This document shows, in pieces, positions 38,817 to 48,149 of a stretch of 58,423 nucleotides of DNA. This DNA is from Clostridia bacterium (GTDB taxonomy: Bacteria > Bacillota > Clostridia > TANB77 > CAG-508): assembly GCA_045628105.1 (NCBI GenBank), contig JAZQOX010000021.1, forward strand, positions 1 to 58,423. Direction: 5' to 3'. The translations under genes were made by a program, and so were the position numbers. The notes beneath the pieces are model-generated. The model was not told the origin of the DNA, searched no databases, and was given only the letters and a program-made list of their open reading frames with translations. How positions within the stretch are numbered: the first letter of the stretch is position 1; the number at the start of each line of letters is the position of its first letter.

Positions 38817-39155
38817 ATGAAGGAAAATAAAAGCATGATTTGCACTAAGCAAAACATTTTTTCAAAATTTATTAATATTTTCAAGAATCTTTTCAAAAAA
38901 ACAATTGATGAACCAAAAGAAAACAATAAAAAAATAGAAAATAAAAAAACAAAAGAGGAAATTCTTGAAATATATGAGAAAGCAAAAAAAGATGAATATG
39001 ACATTACAACACTTAACGATGAAGAAATGGATATGCTTAACAAACTAATAGATGCAGAAATAGAAATGAAAAAGAAAAAAATAGATGAACTAATGACAGA
39101 AATAAAAATGAGAGAATATGAACTATCAAACTTAAAAAAGAAAATACAAAATTAA
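38817..39155 (+). CDS. Small charged coiled-coil protein, function unknown
   Basis: GGAGG RBS 8 nt upstream. K/E-rich 112 aa. Confidence 0.5.
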   Translation: MKENKSMICTKQNIFSKFINIFKNLFKKTIDEPKENNKKIENKKTKEEILEIYEKAKKDEYDITTLNDEEMDMLNKLIDAEIEMKKKKIDELMTEIKMREYELSNLKKKIQN

Positions 39156-39184
39156 TATATAATAATTTGAAATATATTTAGAAT

Positions 39185-39220
39185 AAAATCGCTTGAAGCC
39201 ACTTGACTTCAAGCGATTTT
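39185..39220 (+). terminator. Intrinsic terminator
   Basis: AAAATCGCTTGAAG/CTTCAAGCGATTTT 14-bp hairpin. Confidence 0.8.
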
Positions 39221-39256
39221 GTAGTATAATTAATAATTAGATAAAAGGAGAAAAAT

Positions 39257-39860
39257 ATGTTAATTTCAATTGGAAGTAGAAGCATACCTAAAATTTCTGC
39301 AATAACAAAAGCATTTTCAAGATATCCAGAATTATGGGTAGAAAATGATGAAAAAATTGAATATATAATAATGCCTAAAGAAGTTAGAAATGATGAAAAA
39401 CAAGGACAAGCAACTGATAACTTTTCAGGTGTTTCTTGCAATCCATTATCTTTAGAAGAAACTATAAAAGGTGCAAAAACGAGAGCAAAGAATGCATTTG
39501 AACATGCCGAGGAAAGATGCCGGCACATGTAGTTTTGGAGTTGGAATAGAAGCAGGAATGTATCCTGTAAAGGAAGCTGAAACAGGATATATGGATGCAA
39601 GTATTTGTGCAATTTATGATGGAGAAAAATATTACTTAGGATTTAGTCCGTCATTTGAATATCCACAAAGTGCAGTTACAAGAGTGCTTCAAGGAGAAGA
39701 AATTGGATATATGCACGATATATTTGGAAACACTGCAAAAGGAAGAAAAGGAGCAATAGGAGTATTAACAGGAGAAAGAGTATATAGAGATGAGTTAGAG
39801 GAATATGCTGTAATAATGGCACTAACCAAAATCGTCTCAAAGGAAATATATGATAAATAA
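39257..39860 (+). CDS. YjjX-like inosine/xanthosine triphosphatase (DUF84), interrupted by one +1 frame break at an in-frame CGG
   Basis: The N-terminal part (..EETIKGAKTRAKNAF..) joins ..FGVGIEAGM ... GRKGAIGVLTG, which parallels E. coli YjjX ..WVAIEAGI ... GRKEGAIGVFT, only if C 39521 is skipped. Confidence 0.75.
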
Positions 39861-39913
39861 TGTAGGGGGGCGCCGCCCTCGGCGACCCAAATATCAAAAA
39901 AGGAGAGAATATT

Positions 39914-41671
39914 ATGTTTAAAATAAAATTAGATGGTGGAAGAACAATGGAAGTTGAAGAAAAGACATATTGGCATACAACATCACACATATTAGCACAA
40001 GCAATAAAAAGACTATATCCAGAAATGAAATTAGCAATAGGACCTGCAATAGATAATGGATTCTATTATGATTTCGATACAGACAAGCCATTTACACCAG
40101 AAATGTTATCTGCACTAGAAGAAGAAATGAAAAAAATAATTAAAGAAGACTATGCAATTGAAAGATTCGAATTACCAAGAGAAGAAGCTATAAAATTAAT
40201 GAAAGAAAAAGATGAACCATACAAAGTAGAATTAATAAATGATTTACCAGAAGACGCGGTAATATCATTCTACAAACAAGGAGAATTTACAGATCTTTGT
40301 GCAGGACCACACTTACCAAGCACAGGAAAAGTAAAAGCAATAAAACTATTAACATCATCAGGAGCTTACTGGAGAGGAAATGAAAAAAATAAAATGCTTC
40401 AAAGAATTTATGGAATTTCATTCCCAAAACAAAGTGAGTTAGATAATTATATCAATATGATAGAAGAAGCAAAGAAAAGAGATCATAGAAAATTAGGAAA
40501 AGAACTTGAACTATTCTTCTTTGATGAAACAGCACCAGGAATGGCATATTGGATGCCAAAAGGATTCACATTAATGAATACATTAATTAATTTCTGGAGA
40601 CAAGAACATAAAAAGAGAGGATACCAAGAATTTTCAGGCCCACAATTAAATAGTAGTGTACTTTGGAAAACATCAGGACATTGGGATCACTATAAAGAAG
40701 ACATGTTTGTTCTAACAGATGCAGATGGAAATGAACAAGCATTAAAACCAATGAACTGTCCAAACTCAATAAAAATATATCAACAAAAATTAAGAAGTTA
40801 CAAAGACCTACCATTAAGATTTAATGATGTTGATGTTATACATAGAAACGAAAAATCAGGACAATTAAATGGATTATTTAGAGTAAGAATGTTCCGTCAA
40901 GACGACTCACACAACTATGTAACAGATGAACAAATTGGAAGTGAAATTAAAGACATAGTTGAAATTGCAAAAAATCTATACTCAGTATTTGGACTAGAAT
41001 ACAAACTAACACTTTCAACAAGACCAGATGATTTCATGGGTGAAATAGAAACATGGAACAAAGCTGAAAAGGAATTAAAAGAAGTTTTAAATGATATTTG
41101 CGGAGAAGGTAATTACCTAATAAATGAAGGCGATGGAGCTTTCTATGGTCCAAAAATAGATATAAAAATGAAAGACTGTTTAGGAAGAGAATGGCAAATG
41201 GGTACAGTACAATTAGACTTCCAATTACCACAAAGATTTAATTTATCATACATAGATAAAGAAGGAAACAAGAAAACACCTATAATGATACATAGAGCAA
41301 TATTTGGTTCATTTGATAGATTTATTGGAATACTTACAGAACATTACGCAGGTGCATTCCCACTATGGTTATCACCAGTACAAGTTAAAATATTACCAAT
41401 AGCAGATGCACACCATGAATATGCAAAAGAAGTTCTAGCAAAATTAGATGAAGCAGGAATTAGAGTTGAATTAGATGACAGACAAGAAAAAATAGGATAC
41501 AAAATAAGAGAAGCAACAATGCAAAAAACACCATATATGCTAATACTTGGAGATAAAGAAGTAGAAGCAAAAGCTGTTGGTGTTCGTTCAAGAAAAGACG
41601 GAGATTTAGGACAAATGTCAATAGATGAATTCATAAACAAGGTAAAATCAGAAGTAGAAAAATTCGAATAA
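39914..41671 (+). CDS. thrS: Threonine--tRNA ligase, short form lacking most of the TGS domain
   Basis: HTTSHILAQAIKRLYP editing-domain start, class II motifs (FRVRMFRQDDSH, GAFYGPKID), anticodon-binding C-terminus. 585 aa. Confidence 0.95.
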   Translation: MFKIKLDGGRTMEVEEKTYWHTTSHILAQAIKRLYPEMKLAIGPAIDNGFYYDFDTDKPFTPEMLSALEEEMKKIIKEDYAIERFELPREEAIKLMKEKDEPYKVELINDLPEDAVISFYKQGEFTDLCAGPHLPSTGKVKAIKLLTSSGAYWRGNEKNKMLQRIYGISFPKQSELDNYINMIEEAKKRDHRKLGKELELFFFDETAPGMAYWMPKGFTLMNTLINFWRQEHKKRGYQEFSGPQLNSSVLWKTSGHWDHYKEDMFVLTDADGNEQALKPMNCPNSIKIYQQKLRSYKDLPLRFNDVDVIHRNEKSGQLNGLFRVRMFRQDDSHNYVTDEQIGSEIKDIVEIAKNLYSVFGLEYKLTLSTRPDDFMGEIETWNKAEKELKEVLNDICGEGNYLINEGDGAFYGPKIDIKMKDCLGREWQMGTVQLDFQLPQRFNLSYIDKEGNKKTPIMIHRAIFGSFDRFIGILTEHYAGAFPLWLSPVQVKILPIADAHHEYAKEVLAKLDEAGIRVELDDRQEKIGYKIREATMQKTPYMLILGDKEVEAKAVGVRSRKDGDLGQMSIDEFINKVKSEVEKFE

Positions 41672-41676
41672 AAAAA

Positions 41677-41718
41677 GAAACATTTTGGGGATAGTCCCTA
41701 AAATGTTCTTTTTTTTTA
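41677..41718 (+). terminator. Intrinsic terminator
   Basis: AACATTTTGGGGA/TCCCTAAAATGTT hairpin followed by a long T-run. Confidence 0.8.
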
Positions 41719-41771
41719 TTTTATCTTGAAAAATATATACTAGTTATGATATATTATAAGCGGTGATTAGT

Positions 41772-43268
41772 ATGAGTAAAGGAAAAAGATATGATGAACC
41801 CAAATTAAACATGAAAAAAGTATTTGGAACAATTATTACAATTGTAGTAATCATAATGATAATAATTACAATTAATAAAATACTAAGCAAAAAAGCAAAC
41901 GAAATAGTTAATGAAAAAGTAACATATTTTTCAGCATATGTAGATGAAAAATGGGGTGTAATAAATAATAATGGAGAAATTGTAATAGATACGACATATG
42001 ACGAAATGGTTACAATTCCAAACCCTGATAAGGCAGTATTTGTTTGTATATACGATGTAAACGAACAGACAGGTGTATGTAAAACAAAAGCAATAGATGA
42101 TACAGGAAAAGCAATTTTTACAGAATATGATACAATAGAAGTTATAGATAATTTTGATTCAAAACAAAATAATTGGTTTGAAAATAATTTATTAAGAGTT
42201 AGCAAAAATGGAAAATATGGCATAATCGATTGTGACGGAAATCATATTCTCGAATGTGAGTATGATGAAATAAATTCTTTAAAAAGTGTTGAAGGAAACT
42301 TAATTGTAAAAAAAGATGGTAAAGTTGGACTAGTAAATAACGTAGGACAGCAAATAATAGAAACAAAGTATAATGACATAAAAACACTTAAAGAAGGCTA
42401 TAAAAATGAATACATTATAATAGATGAAAATGGAAATTCTGGAGTTATAAGTACAAGTGGAACAATAATTATAGAGCCTGCATATAAAGAAATTAAATTC
42501 TTAAATAGTACAGATTACTATTCAGTAAAAATAAATGACAAATGGCAATTAATTAATAAAAAAGGTGAAATAGTAAATAATAGCTATGATGAATATACAT
42601 TTGTAAAAGGTGATTATGTAATAGTAAGAAAAGATCAAAAATATGGAATTATAACTATTGATGGACAAGTTAAAATTGAACCAACATATGAAGAATTAAA
42701 TTATGCATTTTCAGTATATTACATTGCAAAACAAAATTCTAAGTATGGAATCATCAATACAGAAAACGTAAGTATAATACCGCTAGAATACTTAAGTATG
42801 AACTACTGGGAAGAAAAAGAAATATTAATAGCAGATAGAACAATATCAGAAACAGTATTATTTGATAGTAATTTAACTGAAAAACTAGCAGGAATATTTG
42901 TTTATGAAAACGACTATATAAAGGCAAGAGTAAATAGCGAAGACAAGTATTATACATACCGATTTGAAGAAAAACAAACAAAAGATATATTAACAAAAAA
43001 CACATTATTTGTAAGTAAAGATCCAGAAACAGGGAAATATGGATACGTAGATTCTCAAGGAAACTTAGTTGTAGAATATTCATATGATGATGCGAAAGAA
43101 CAAAATAAATATGGATATGCAGCAGTAAAAGTAAATGGAATGTGGGGATCATTAGACAAAGGTGGTAAACAAGCATTACCAACTGTAGTAAACTTAGAAA
43201 ACAGTATATATGTAGATTTTATAAGAGAATGGCACTTGGCAGATGAAGGTATATACTATACAAAATAG
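41772..43268 (+). CDS. WG-repeat (KWG-type) membrane-anchored protein, paralogue of 16487..17677
   Basis: N-terminal TM, then many KYGIID.DGN.I....YDEI-type repeats. Confidence 0.7.
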   Translation: MSKGKRYDEPKLNMKKVFGTIITIVVIIMIIITINKILSKKANEIVNEKVTYFSAYVDEKWGVINNNGEIVIDTTYDEMVTIPNPDKAVFVCIYDVNEQTGVCKTKAIDDTGKAIFTEYDTIEVIDNFDSKQNNWFENNLLRVSKNGKYGIIDCDGNHILECEYDEINSLKSVEGNLIVKKDGKVGLVNNVGQQIIETKYNDIKTLKEGYKNEYIIIDENGNSGVISTSGTIIIEPAYKEIKFLNSTDYYSVKINDKWQLINKKGEIVNNSYDEYTFVKGDYVIVRKDQKYGIITIDGQVKIEPTYEELNYAFSVYYIAKQNSKYGIINTENVSIIPLEYLSMNYWEEKEILIADRTISETVLFDSNLTEKLAGIFVYENDYIKARVNSEDKYYTYRFEEKQTKDILTKNTLFVSKDPETGKYGYVDSQGNLVVEYSYDDAKEQNKYGYAAVKVNGMWGSLDKGGKQALPTVVNLENSIYVDFIREWHLADEGIYYTK

Positions 43269-43329
43269 ATGAAAAAAGAGGCAAGGGTATAACACACTTG
43301 CCTCAAAATAGTATTTAAGGGGAATAAAA

Positions 43330-43704
43330 ATGAAAGTATTATGTGGAACAGATATTATAGAAATAGATAGAATAAAAAAATCAATAGAAAGAAGCGGAGA
43401 ACAATTTTTACATTTAATATATACTCCAGCAGAAATAGAATATTGTGAAAGCAAAAGAAATGCAAAATTTTGCCACTATGCTGGAAGATTTGCAGCAAAA
43501 GAAGCTTTATACAAAGCAGTATCAGCATTATTACCAGATAAATTTGCAATAAGCTGGAAAGATGCACAGGTAATAAATGATGAAAACGGAAACCCACAAG
43601 TAGAATTTTTAAACATAAAATTTGATCAAATATCAAGTATAGATATAAGCATATCACACTCAAGAAATTATGCAGTAGCAAATGTAACAATATTAGTGGA
43701 ATAA
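43330..43704 (+). CDS. acpS: Holo-[acyl-carrier-protein] synthase
   Basis: GTDIIEIDRI start, FAAKEALYKA, ISISHS. Confidence 0.9.
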   Translation: MKVLCGTDIIEIDRIKKSIERSGEQFLHLIYTPAEIEYCESKRNAKFCHYAGRFAAKEALYKAVSALLPDKFAISWKDAQVINDENGNPQVEFLNIKFDQISSIDISISHSRNYAVANVTILVE

Positions 43705-43830
43705 AAAGGTTTGAAGTGGAAATAGGGTGGAAATAGGGAACACGCACCTTTTTCTATTTTAAAAAAAGAATAAAATAATAAAATTTGGGAAAACTTGGAA
43801 TAGAAGATTTTAACGAAAAGGAGATTTTAA

Positions 43831-45330
43831 ATGGAATCATATTGGGTTAAAACAACAGCTAGACCAAGTTTTTCCTCTTTACAGGAAAATATAGACTGTG
43901 ATGTTTGTATAATAGGTGCAGGAATAACAGGATTAATGACAGCATATATGCTGATAAATTCAGGATTGAAAATATGTATTATTGATAAGGGAGAAATATG
44001 TAGTGGCGTAACAGAAAACACAACAGCAAAAATAACGAGTCAACATGGTTTAATATATAAATATTTAGAAGATAGCTTTGGACTAGAATTTGCAAGAAAG
44101 TATTTGATTTCAAATGAAGATGCAATAAACACAATAGAACACATTGTAAATACGGAAAAAATTGAATGTGAATTTGAAAGAATAACAAATGGAATTTATA
44201 CATGTAAAGATGAATACTTTAAAAGAATAAAAGACGAGGTTGAAACAGTACACAAAATAGGTTTAAATGCTGAATTTATAGAAAAAACAAATCTTCCGTT
44301 TGAAATAAAAGCAGGAATCAAGTTTCCAAATCAGGCTAAATTTCATCCATTAAAGTATTTGTATGCAATAACAGCAAAACTTGAAGAAGCGAATGTTAAA
44401 ATATATACAAATTCAAGAGTTAAGGATATAGAAAGAAACGAAAATTCATACAGTGTAAAAACAGATAAGAACAGCATTAAAGCTAAATATGTTGTTATGG
44501 CAACACATTATCCAATTAAAAACTTTCCGGGAATGTATTTCTTAAAAATGTATCAAGACAGATCATATGCAATTGCAATAGAACCACATGAAAAATTTGA
44601 AGAAGGTATGTATATCTCTGCAGAAAGCCCTGTTGCATCATTTAGACCAATTAATGATGAATTGCTTATAATAGGTGGTCAAGACCATAAAACTGGAGAA
44701 ACGGGAATGAATATTGATGGATGCTATAAAAGTTTAGAAACATACGCAAGAGAAATATATCCGCAAATGAAGGTAAAATATAGATGGAGCACACAAGATT
44801 GCGTATCAATAGATAAAGTTCCATATATAGGAGAATTTTCAACATTAATGCCAAATTTATTTGTTGCAACAGGATACAAAAAATGGGGGATGACAACATC
44901 ACATGTAGCAGCCCAAATTATAAGCGATAAAATTCAGAAAATTAAAAATAAATATGAAGATATATACACGGCAACAAGATTAAGACCAATAAAAAACTAT
45001 AAAGAAATGGGAAACATGTTAAGGCAATCCTTTTATTCATTAGGAATAAATAAATTAAGAAAGCCAAAATATAAATTTGAAGATTTGAAAAAAGACACAG
45101 GAGGAATAGTAGAATACAATGGAAAGAAACTGGGAGTCTACAAAGATAATGAAGGCAATGTTTTTGTAGTAAAACCACATTGCAAGCATTTAGGATGTGA
45201 ACTTAGCTGGAATAATTTAGAAAAAACATGGGACTGTCCATGTCATGGATCAAGGTATGATTATACAGGAAAACTTATAAATGAACCATCAACAAAAGAC
45301 CTAGATGTCGAGTTTAGGGACAGTCCCTAA
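43831..45330 (+). CDS. FAD-dependent oxidoreductase fused to a C-terminal Rieske 2Fe-2S domain
   Basis: N-terminal DVCIIGAGITG dinucleotide fold. C-terminal CKHLGC...CPCHGSRYD Rieske motif. Confidence 0.85.
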   Translation: MESYWVKTTARPSFSSLQENIDCDVCIIGAGITGLMTAYMLINSGLKICIIDKGEICSGVTENTTAKITSQHGLIYKYLEDSFGLEFARKYLISNEDAINTIEHIVNTEKIECEFERITNGIYTCKDEYFKRIKDEVETVHKIGLNAEFIEKTNLPFEIKAGIKFPNQAKFHPLKYLYAITAKLEEANVKIYTNSRVKDIERNENSYSVKTDKNSIKAKYVVMATHYPIKNFPGMYFLKMYQDRSYAIAIEPHEKFEEGMYISAESPVASFRPINDELLIIGGQDHKTGETGMNIDGCYKSLETYAREIYPQMKVKYRWSTQDCVSIDKVPYIGEFSTLMPNLFVATGYKKWGMTTSHVAAQIISDKIQKIKNKYEDIYTATRLRPIKNYKEMGNMLRQSFYSLGINKLRKPKYKFEDLKKDTGGIVEYNGKKLGVYKDNEGNVFVVKPHCKHLGCELSWNNLEKTWDCPCHGSRYDYTGKLINEPSTKDLDVEFRDSP

Positions 45331-45375
45331 ACTCGACAAATTGGTGAAGGGCTTAAATAAATTTACTAAAAGTAC

Positions 45376-45404
45376 TTGAAAAATAAGGAAAAAGAGATTA
45401 TAAT
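45376..45404 (+). promoter_or_regulatory. Sigma-A type promoter for tRNA-Arg
   Basis: TTGAAA (45376-81), 17-nt spacer, TATAAT (45399-404), about 30 nt before the tRNA. Confidence 0.65.
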
Positions 45405-45433
45405 TAATCAGTACAGTAGAAATACTGATTAAA

Positions 45434-45510
45434 GCGCCTGTAGTTTAGCTGGATAGAATGCGAGGCTACGAACTTCGAGATCGGGGGTTCGAATCCCTCC
45501 AGGCGCACCA
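45434..45510 (+). tRNA. tRNA-Arg (anticodon ACG)
   Basis: Folds as GCGCCTG/CAGGCGC acceptor, D arm, CGAGG-CTACGAA-CTTCG anticodon arm, GGGGG-TTCGAAT-CCCTC T arm, with encoded CCA. Confidence 0.9.
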
Positions 45511-45515
45511 CGTCG

Positions 45516-45545
45516 CAATCGCCCCAAATGGGCGATTGTTTTTTT
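45516..45545 (+). terminator. Intrinsic terminator after tRNA-Arg
   Basis: CAATCGCCC/GGGCGATTG hairpin plus a T7 run. Confidence 0.8.
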
Positions 45546-45942
45546 CAAAAAACAATTAAGCCCATTAGGACGTTGCTCCTTTTTCGAAAAAAGTACCGCT
45601 CTGCTTGGCTAATCCCTTGTAAACGCGGGATTTAACGCCTCGCTATCGCTAACAACTTTTTTCGAGAGATAAGAAGAAAAATAATTAGGGCATTTTTAAT
45701 TTGTACGAAATAGAAAGAGGGATTCGAAAAAGGTGAGCGACTGAGCGCTGCCGGTAGCAGAAGAAGCGAAGGAGAGAACGTGAAAGCAACAATATGAATG
45801 CGACTTAGAAGGAGCATGAATATATGTTGCTTCGCCGTTTACCTTGCCGAAATGAAATGGAGGCCTTTTCGAGCAGGTTAAGGCCTGCCGAAACGCAGGC
45901 AAAAGATGTCCAGTGGACATCTTTTCCGACGCGGATCGACGC

Positions 45943-45961
45943 AATCCCTCCAGGCGCACCA
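45943..45961 (+). repeat. Direct repeat of the tRNA-Arg 3' end (att-like)
   Basis: AATCCCTCCAGGCGCACCA is identical to 45492-45510. Confidence 0.9.
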
Positions 45962-46102
45962 AAAAACGATGAATTTTTATATTCTATTTATTGGTTGTTT
46001 TAGAATTAAATTTATTTAATATATTTAACTAAAAAAAAGAGTGTTGAGTAAATTTTACTCAACACTCTGAACACCGGAGAAAAGTTCTCCTATGTTTTTT
46101 GG

Positions 46103-46921
46103 TTATTTGCAGTACTTAGTTGGATCATACTCAAATGTCGCCAGAGGTAAAAGCTTAAACAAGTTTTGTTCATGCTTCCTATCGATGAGCTTCTTAGTTT
46201 CAGGATTTGCAATCTTACCGGTACGGATGTACATGTCAAGAACTGCATAGGTGAAACCAAGGTTGTCCTCATCGGAAAGGTCTGTAAGTCCATCAGCCGG
46301 AATTTTGTCTACAAGGTTAGTGGGAAGTCCAAGATATCTTCCGATACGCTTGACTTCCTCTACGGTAAACCTACTAAGAGGACCGTAGTCTCCAGCACTA
46401 TCTCCATAACGAGTGGAGTAGCCCACCCAATCCTCAGAGAGATTGCATGTATTGATAAACCTTCCATTGAATGATTGGCTTAAGCAATACTCAATCATCA
46501 TTCTAGCACGAGGAGGGGTATTTACCTTAGCCTGTTTTGAAAGCTCATGCTCAAACCCAATAGCTTTTTCAACAGTGGCATAAGTAAGATTAACGATATC
46601 AGCAATATTAATTGTAAAATTCTTGATTTCAAGAAAATTTACTAACTGCTGTGCATCGCGGATGTCTTTCTGCTCACCCTGTGGCATAAGTACACCGATG
46701 ACTCTGTCCTTACCTAGTGCTCTTACCATCAAGGCTGCAGCAACACTACTGTCTTTGCCACCAGAAATACCGATGACAGCAGTGCAGCCTTTACCGTTTT
46801 GGTAAAACCATTCCTGAACTCCTTTGACAAGGTCATCTACAACCTTGTCAACAGGCCAACTACTGTAGTGGCCGTTAGCCCATTCAAGAGCTTCTTTCTG
46901 AGCTGTAATATCTACGCTCAT
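46103..46921 (-). CDS. nadE: NH3-dependent NAD+ synthetase
   Basis: PP-loop GISGGKDSSV, 272 aa, NadE-like throughout. Confidence 0.9.
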   Translation of the reverse strand: MSVDITAQKEALEWANGHYSSWPVDKVVDDLVKGVQEWFYQNGKGCTAVIGISGGKDSSVAAALMVRALGKDRVIGVLMPQGEQKDIRDAQQLVNFLEIKNFTINIADIVNLTYATVEKAIGFEHELSKQAKVNTPPRARMMIEYCLSQSFNGRFINTCNLSEDWVGYSTRYGDSAGDYGPLSRFTVEEVKRIGRYLGLPTNLVDKIPADGLTDLSDEDNLGFTYAVLDMYIRTGKIANPETKKLIDRKHEQNLFKLLPLATFEYDPTKYCK

Positions 46922-46942
46922 ATAATCACTCCTTCTTAGAAT

Positions 46943-48130
46943 TTAATTGTGAAGACGAATGGAACACATGGATTTCAGTGTTTCAACGAATCCCGGATTT
47001 CCCATGATTTTACCTTCAACATCCGAAATCTTAGCTACAGGTCTGCCGTTGATAGCTTGAAGTTTCATGACAATGTTAAGGGGCTCGACACAAGTATCGT
47101 TTGTTACGAAAGTACCGATGCCGAAAGCAACCTTAGTTCTACCATTAAAATGGTTGAACAGATGCTGTGCTTTGTCAAAGTTTAAACTGTCACTAAACAA
47201 GAGAGTCTTATCCTTGGGGTTAATTCCAAGTTTCTCATAGTGAGCAATAAGTTTTTCACCCCAAGAGATGGGAGCACCACTGTCATGCCTTACGCCAGTG
47301 TAAGTTCTTGCAAGTTCGTAGTTGAAGTCAAGCAAGAAGATATCAGTGGTAATGGTATCGGTTAGTGCAGTACCATTGTTTCCATTGTACACTTCATACC
47401 AGTTATCCATAGCGTACTTATTGCAGAAAGCAGGATCACGGCCATTAATACCCTGATAGAGTTCTACGTATTCATGCGCGTATGTTCCGACAGGAATCAG
47501 GTGATACTTCATAGCAAGGTACAAATTTGAAGTCCCTACCATAGGACTATTAGGAAGAGCTACAAATCTCTTTACCACTTCTTCTTGCCATTCACGGCTG
47601 AGCCTTCTTCTGGTGCCGAACTCAGAGAATTTGAAGTTGTACTTGCCAGATCTGAAATCTTCAATCTTTTTCTCAAGCTTTTCTTTAGCAGAGGCTTGGA
47701 GCATATCATAGTCATATGACATTCTGAAAAAGACTTCGTTGACGATTTCGAGAACATAGATTTCAAAAGGCGATGAATCGAAGATAGGTCCTTTAGCGGT
47801 AATCGTAAGAGTCCCATCTTCATTAAGAATTGCATTGATGTATTTTCTCTGAAGACGGAAGTTAGTAAGTCTAGAAATAAGGGGTTCATAAAGAAAATTG
47901 ATTTTGCTGAGATACAGAAGTTCTTCCTCAGTATAGGTCAACTCGCAAAGATGATCAATCTGAAGGTTGATTTCATCCAGCATTTCCTGAGTGAATTTTA
48001 CTCCTTCATTTCTGCACTTAAATTCGTAAGTCGCAACGAGCCCATTATGCTTAAGATTGAAAACTTGTCCCATCGTAAGCTTGTACAGGTCCGTGTCGAG
48101 AAGGCTGGTTACAATAGGTTCAAATTTCAT
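46943..48130 (-). CDS. pncB: Nicotinate phosphoribosyltransferase
   Basis: N-terminus SLLDTDLYKLTMGQ, then FGTRRR and GIGT motifs. 395 aa, like enterobacterial PncB. Confidence 0.9.
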   Translation of the reverse strand: MKFEPIVTSLLDTDLYKLTMGQVFNLKHNGLVATYEFKCRNEGVKFTQEMLDEINLQIDHLCELTYTEEELLYLSKINFLYEPLISRLTNFRLQRKYINAILNEDGTLTITAKGPIFDSSPFEIYVLEIVNEVFFRMSYDYDMLQASAKEKLEKKIEDFRSGKYNFKFSEFGTRRRLSREWQEEVVKRFVALPNSPMVGTSNLYLAMKYHLIPVGTYAHEYVELYQGINGRDPAFCNKYAMDNWYEVYNGNNGTALTDTITTDIFLLDFNYELARTYTGVRHDSGAPISWGEKLIAHYEKLGINPKDKTLLFSDSLNFDKAQHLFNHFNGRTKVAFGIGTFVTNDTCVEPLNIVMKLQAINGRPVAKISDVEGKIMGNPGFVETLKSMCSIRLHN

Positions 48131-48149
48131 GGCATTTTCTCCTTTTTTA

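Noticed and set aside
45511-45961. A tmRNA-like or second-tRNA reading of the segment ending in ..TCCCTCCAGGCGCACCA.
   Set aside because: There is no matching 5' acceptor strand (GCGCCTG) and no T-loop (TTCGAAT) upstream of the repeat. Only the last 19 nt match the tRNA.
45632-45962. Two minus-strand ORFs (61 and 88 aa) in the GC-rich filler next to tRNA-Arg.
   Set aside because: They have no RBS, no motif, and an overlapping arrangement in a region bounded by att-like repeats. More likely they are open frames arising by chance in GC-richer DNA.
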